A DNA stretch of 64,000 nucleotides, from positions 5,146,001-5,210,000 of the forward strand of contig JBLDXI010000024.1 of the NCBI GenBank assembly GCA_047495785.1, in the 5' to 3' direction. The DNA is from Lepidodermella squamata. Taxonomy: Eukaryota; Animalia; Gastrotricha. The notes beneath the pieces are model-generated. The model was not told the origin of the DNA, did no database searches, and saw nothing but the letters and a program-made list of their open reading frames with translations. Made by a program: the position numbers and the translations under genes. Shown here piece by piece: positions 57,689 to 64,000 of the stretch. How positions within the stretch are numbered: position 1 is the stretch's first letter; each line of letters opens with the position of its first letter.

Positions 57689-60600
57689 ATGATAAGTTTC
57701 GACTCTTCTGATGAAGATGATCCGTTCGCTGTTAGGTCTTTCAAAATTCCAAAGCAAGCAAAATCAGGAGGTGAAACATGAGATAGCATAAAATTTTGCA
57801 ATAGCCGCGTCGTTTTTTATCTGTAGAGCTATTGCAGCTATATCCTGACGGATCGAGCGACTGGAATAGCATTGTTTCCTCGGTCAATTCCAATTTTAAG
57901 CTAGCTACTCCTGGTTATTACAAACATTCCAAAGTCTATGGTGTCAATAACGAGACACTCGAAAGAAAGGTAATAACCACCGACAATCGTTATTGTTTAT
58001 TCATTTGATTTCTTGTGTACAGTACGCTGCTCGTAAAAGTGAACTGAAGAAGAAGCTGTCAAATGCTAACGACTCCGCATCTGAGTTGTTCGCGTTCTTG
58101 CACTGTAGAACTATAGAACAAGTGAGTTAGTTGACGCGCCGTTACACACCTAATGTTTGCTCAACAAAATAGGCTACTCGCTTGTGCAAAGACGGCCTTT
58201 CAACTGGCAACATGTCAGCGTGTGCACTTGCCAATTCGCAGCTAGGCGTTACGCTGTTCAGGCACAGCGACATTCTTGTTCGGAACGAACCGTTTTCTAA
58301 AGGCTCCACCGGCTTTATTCTCATCGTCAAAGTTCTCCCGGGTCGGCAGCGGGCGGTTGCGCCGGAGAAATCAGGCGGGCCCAGCTCGGCGGATCCCGAT
58401 CCGAATTTCGATTGCTATACCAGTGCTGAATTTGGCGCGAGTTCTTCTTACGGCACTTTATACACCAATTCTCAGGTAAATTGAACGAAACAGTTGGGAC
58501 GCGATTGAAAAATTAACGTACGAATTAGTACGAATTAGTTTTTATTCGTGATTAGAAAAATCAGGTTTCAATAGGAAAAATCAAATCATCGCACGATTTG
58601 AGCACCGGTTCGTTATTCACCGTTGATGAATCAATGTTAGTAGACATTTGCGACATTCCAAAAATCACATTCAACTTTTCGGGGTCGAGAATCGACGTTT
58701 TCCAACTTGTCGGCGAATTTTCACCGTGCTGATCTTCAATTTTGATCACTTGTTGCGCTGGAGTGCTTTTCGATTGATTTAAAACTAGAAAATCGACTGA
58801 TTTATGCTTCGGAAGTTCAGAGTCGTCGACGAATTTTTTGCGAGGTCTTCTCAGCCCCGAATCGTCGCTTTTTTGCCGTTTTACAGCTGCCGAATCGAGG
58901 GATTTATAGTGCCATTTATTTTTCGCGAAAATTCTCGGCGCACTCGGCTCTTTCTTCGCAAAACTCGGCTTTTTCTCGTCGATTATTCGAGGCAGCTCCT
59001 CGCAAATCGGCTCGTTTTCAATGAGCAGTTCGATGACGGCGATTGCATTCGATTCTTGGCCGATTTTTCCGCGAAATATGCACGGAGCCCATAATTGAGC
59101 CAATTGAAGCGCCGAGTTTTCCTGTTGAATTCTCCGCAAATGTTGGATTAAAAAATTGAACTCGCGCCTCGACTCGCCAGGCATTCGATCGATTAATAAA
59201 TCGACGTAATTTTTGGCGATTTTCCGATCTGTGAAGTAAACTGGCGTGAATAGCAAATCGTCTTTGAAGGAATTTGGCAATTTTTCGAACAAATCATAGT
59301 CGAACGTGTAGTAGCCTCGCAAGGCCTGGCCAACAGCTTCGACGGCGATGAAATTCTGGCCCGTTGAGTTCGGTCGATTCAACGAACTTGACCGCCTTTG
59401 CTTCGTCTCAGCTGATTTCGAGCTGCTTTTATTGCTGTTCGCTCGAGCTATGCTGAAAGATTTGTATCGATAAGAATCGCGTTGAATCGCTCGGTGAAAA
59501 TTGCGAAATTTCGACGATTTCTCTGAAAATTTGCCCTGGACCAGCGAAGCTCGAAGAATTTTAACGATTTGAATAGTCGAACTCGGTTGTTGAAGTTCGC
59601 CGTCATAAGTTTGCTGCTGATGAGTTTCGATGTAATGAGCGCACCAGTTGACGACCTGATTACTCGACAGCGTTAGGTCTTCGACGTTGCTTTCCAAATC
59701 TTCGGTGTTTGATTGAATTTCGTCGTTGTTTTCTTCCGCCGTGCTTTTTCCTGGGCTGTTTTTCGATTCGGAGTTGCCGTTGCGTTGTCGAATTTGGCGC
59801 GGTTCACTGTGCAACGGGTTTTCAATTCGCTGAGGCTCGATTTTCGATATCGATTTTTCAAACACCTTTTGCCGTCGAAAACAGCTGGAAAATTCGAAAA
59901 AACATGAAATTAACGAACAAATTTTAGTAAATTACAGGAATATTTACTTAGGAAATACAGAGTAATTGAGATTTAAAATTTTATTTGAAAACGACACTTT
60001 TCAATTGTTATTTTCGGTAAAATATATTCTGATTTCTGATTTGAAATTGAAGGGCTTGAAATGTTGTTCAAAGTAGATCAAAATGACGAATTGTTAAAGA
60101 TAAGGAAATTTAATCAAGTAACCAAAACCAAGGAGCTCTCAAAAATTCAAATTTGCATCCCTCGCGAAAAATATCTTTACAAAACCTCATATTTCACTTT
60201 TGGAGAATTATAGAGTAAGATTGAACTTCTTAAAGGTGCTAACTAGTGAGTTTAGGCTTCTAGATTTCAGTGCCTTGGTGAAACAGATTTTGAGGCGCTG
60301 ATTTTTTTGACCCATTATAGCAATTTGACGCCCATCTAAATGTAATTCTAACAAAATGCTGGAAAATTTTTGTATACGCCCTTATTAAATAATTCCACTT
60401 CAATTTTAGCTAAAAATGGGAAACAATAAAATTGTTAAAATTTACCAAAAACTGCTTGCAAGTTTGATGGAGAGACTCATGGATTATTTGTAAAAGGTCG
60501 GGTGTTGTGTTCATGGAATTAAAAGTGTAATAACTGTGTCTTCTCTGAAGGCCAGAAACGTGAAGTTAGGAATGTTAAGCCCAGCACGTCATCGTCGTAG

Positions 60601-62471
60601 GCAAAAAATGCAACACTGGCATAGGCATGCGTCAAGTTGCGACCGTTGTTGGCCGAAAAAAACTCGCGAGCGAGTGTCTTTTTGTTGATAGATAATGACA
60701 CGATATTATTATTTTATTATTACGGCATGTCGTCATAAAAAACTCCCGTCTTCTTTTTGGCGCGCCGCTACTGCGTGTGACTCATTTCTCAAATTAATGT
60801 GTGCGTGTGTGTATTCTACTTTTATGGCGCAGATTTACCTGTTCGAGTACGACCCCGACACTTACGAGGCGGTCGCGCGGCCGAGCCACGTGCTGCCGTA
60901 CGCCCTCGTCGACTTCACGGTGACACGCGGCCTCGATGCGCTCCTGCTGGCCAAGCCTTCGCCGGCTGCGGTTGCTACGCCTGAGCTGGCCTCGACCGCC
61001 GTCCAACCCGCTGCGGCGAAGTCTTCAGCGACGAAACGGCCGCAGAAAAGCGACAAGCTGGACGATGCACAGCCCATTTCAAAGTAAGCGCACACAAATT
61101 GACTGCTAATTGCTATATCTCTTAGCCGAGGACGAGTTTGGTTTCACGCCACGACGTAGCTTTCAATAAAAAAATTCGAAAGTTACACCGAAAAACTTGA
61201 GTGGAATTCTTACGCATTGATTTCATCAAAAACTGGGTCGAAACATGATTTTCCTGCATATTTTGGTTTCATGTCCCTATTTATTCACGAAATTCAAAGT
61301 ATGAACGCTGACTATGGCCATTTTCAATTTAATTCTTATCGATAGTCTGTTTTCCGCTACAAAATTGTATGGCTCAAGAAAATATGGCTCTAGAGAACCT
61401 GATTTTTGCGAAAAATTACGAAATTCGAACGAATTATTACCGTTAACAAGTGGAAAGTGGGGTTCGGAAATTTTTTGACAACGTGAGATTTATTTCAATG
61501 ACGAACTTCCTGGTCGTTGCTGATTTCACCTTTTGAAAATTTAAACAATAAAAATGGTAACTTATCTTTTCTGAAAAAACTCTGTTTACTTTCAAACTCA
61601 ATTCACCTGATGATGAAATCTGTATGATTTCGAAACGTCGTGCAATAAAAATTATCTAAGGAAAAAAATTAAAAGGAAAACGATTTCGAGATCAAAATTA
61701 TTCCTGACTTTCAATTAGCGGAATTGGTTTCATTTGCAAAAGATGAATGGCGCATGGTTGTCAACTCTATTGAAAATTATGAATTTCTGCGAAAACCAGA
61801 CTCTTCAACTGTGGGGCTGGGTGAGGATCATTCATCGCCTGCCTTCAACTTCTTCAAAACCGGAAACGTTGTAGACGTTGTAGTCGAGGGGAGAAAAAAA
61901 GTAAAATTAAAACAACAAATACTATTACCTAACTACTACTATTATTATAAATGCGCGCTCAACTTTTTCATACCATCAATTAATAATTCATCAAGCATAA
62001 AAAGACTGATGCTATTTTCTTATTGCGCAGTTGACGTTTCCCCGGATAATCTGAGGTTAGGAATCTTGCTAGATATCCAAAAATTGCGGTGTAATCAAGC
62101 TAGCGCCTCGTGACAGTCTAAATCGATCGACACTTCGGGTTTCCCGTTTTTTTAGGAGGATGGGAGCCTCATAGAGGTGTTAATTTTGAAAATTTAAAAT
62201 CCTCAAAAGCCATAACTCAACCCGTACATTTCCGTAGGTACCTATACCTTGGAGCTTGGATTTTATTATGTTCGGTTTTAATATCTGAATTACTGGTTAA
62301 TTTTGGTTGTTTCCTTCATTTCTTAGAAACCATCGAACGTCGAATGTTGCAATGCCGCAAATTCCAGCTCGTTCACTGCCCGCCCACCTTATGATTCCAC
62401 TCGGGCCGTCCAGTAACGGCAAATCCAGTAGCAAAGCGTCATCGGCCAAGTCGTCGCGGCCTTCGCTATAG
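57689..62471 (+). CDS. TASOR: TASOR/TEX15-like DUF3715 (PARP-fold) protein; exons 57689-57770, 57827-57969, 58023-58121, 58173-58475, 60833-61083, probable last exon 62327-62471
   Basis: Spliced frame: SFKIPK, VNNETLERKYAARKSELK, ELFAFL, CKDGL..GVTLFRHSDIL, IVKVLPG, DPDPNFDC, SQ|IYLFEY..RPSHVLPYALVDF, collinear with TASOR motifs as I recall them; 3' end uncertain. Confidence 0.72.
58561..59884 (-). CDS. Degenerate RhoGAP-like protein exon nested in a TASOR-like intron; 5' end uncertain
   Basis: 434-codon ORF; MPGESRREFNFLIQHLRRI..LAQLWAPCIFR..VIELLIEN; TTTTCCAG acceptor at 59885. Confidence 0.65.
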
Positions 62472-62689
62472 CTTGCTAATTGTTCTTCTTTTTGTGACTT
62501 CCAATCTCAAACATGCATCATAATTTTAATACTTGCATTACTTCGCAGCAATTTTTTTTATGAAAAAAACGGGAATTTCTTGATTGATTTATCCGTGATT
62601 TTATTTTTTTAGAATAATTTAAAATTAAGAAAAGAAAAGATGCGGAATCGCGCCACCAGTGCGGAGTTTTTCTTCATTTCGAGATTAGT

Positions 62690-63365
62690 CTACTTGATGA
62701 CTACTCTCAGGTAGCGAGTTGGCCTCGAATTCACGTTAGTAGAAAACGTTCTGCTGTACGAAATCGACGACGAGGCGTTCGGCGAAACCACGCACGACTG
62801 AGGGCGTCTGCTCTGGCTAGGAAACATTCTCGCCGACTGGTAGAACCCCTCGCTGGCGAAGGCGGCCGATGTGGGCCGATTCGGCGATGTAGTAATGATA
62901 ACAGGGTCTAGATTGGCGGGTTTTAGCGGGATGTTTCGCGGGATGACGGTCGCTTTGGCAACCGGGTCGATCGGGTAAGACGCGAAGTCGGCCGAGTTTT
63001 CTTTCGCCAGCCGCCTCGCCCGCCGTCTTTCGCGCAAATCACCGGGGTCCAGCGTGCGAGTGCGCCTTTTCGGCACGTCTTCCTCCGCGTCTTTCGTCTC
63101 GTTATTAACGTGGCTCGGGATTTCTGGCTGTTTTTCAGCGTAGTCGGCCGCCGATTCGATGAGAAGCTCGAGTAGGTGAATGTGATTGACGACGTCGTAG
63201 GGCGACGTTGATTGGCAGAGCGTTGGGCCGAAAATTGTCGCTAGCGATTCGACGCTCATTCCGCCGGGTTGTCTGCTGATCCAGCGCAAATGTCGCGTCA
63301 AAAACGTGAGAGTGGCAAAATGGCTCGGCGGCATCAACGGCTCAATTTCACGCGGACTTGTTATC
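62690..63365 (-). CDS. 3' exon of another RhoGAP-domain gene (upstream exons probably at or beyond the right edge)
   Basis: PPSHFATLTFLTRHL..MSVESLATIFGPTL..LLELLI. Confidence 0.7.
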
Positions 63366-64000
63366 TAGTGTGGAAACAATGGCAAAATGAGAAATGAGAA
63401 ATTTACGAAGTCATGCTGGTCTGGTAATTTTCGAAATTTTTCAAATGGGAAGAAATTTATCTCAATTTGAAAACAATATTTAATTTTGAATTTTTGAAAT
63501 TTAGTAACGATTTTCCAATTTTTCGAATGAAGTTGGAACATTTTCGGATTTACCAGTTTTTTTGCAATTTTGTCTTACATTCCTCTCCTATGTTAAATTT
63601 TCATTCAAGGAAAGATGACTTTCCGAATAGTCCTGATTTGTAATTTAATTTTGCTAATAGTAAAAAAATTAAACGAAAATATGTATGCGAGCTGAGGCTT
63701 CTTTTTCTCGAAGATTGAGTTACGGAGGCATGCTGCCTGTTTGAAGTGTGAATAACTTGGAAAATACAAAGTGGTACAAACTGGTTAAAATCGAGCTTGG
63801 CACATTAAATTTTGCTAGTTGCCGTGAGCGAACTTGTTTGCTTTAATTTTGGCTGAAAGTAGTGAAATTGCCCACCAATTTGGACCGAAACAGAGGGCAT
63901 AGCGATATAGGCCAACCGAGAGGTTAATTTTTCCACTAATCGCTTATGAACAAAGTAAGGCAAAATATTGATAATTTGGCAATTGTTTAACATTTTAAAT

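Overview
Eukaryotic (animal, probably invertebrate) genomic DNA with very short (~45-60 nt) GT-AG introns. 1-5875 is the end of a tandem tRNA array: a ~3.35-kb unit with 20 different tRNA genes on both strands, present ~1.75 times and nearly identical. Ordinary genes follow: UFC1, an ARHGAP32/33-like RhoGAP, ANKRD16-like and an SLC6 transporter. Next come two intronless, very divergent Cys-loop channel subunits, a secreted EGF/LamG-like protein and an ankyrin-repeat protein. The main finding is at ~27.6-50.1 kb: a tandemly duplicated three-gene cassette on the minus strand, every gene with a class-C-GPCR (mGluR-like) Venus flytrap ectodomain and one TM helix. Gene C has an insulin-receptor-like Tyr kinase, gene B an atypical kinase with no Gly-rich loop or activation-loop Tyr, and gene A no kinase. 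Three of the four stop-to-ATG gaps are only 45-82 nt (the fourth holds a MITE) and contain 3'-splice-acceptor-like motifs, suggesting an operon resolved by trans-splicing and a heteromeric receptor system. The right end holds an intron-containing tyrosine-recombinase (Crypton-like) element, a TASOR-like DUF3715 gene with a RhoGAP-like ORF nested in an intron, another RhoGAP fragment and several MITEs. All calls are by eye; no searches were run and some exon boundaries are approximate.
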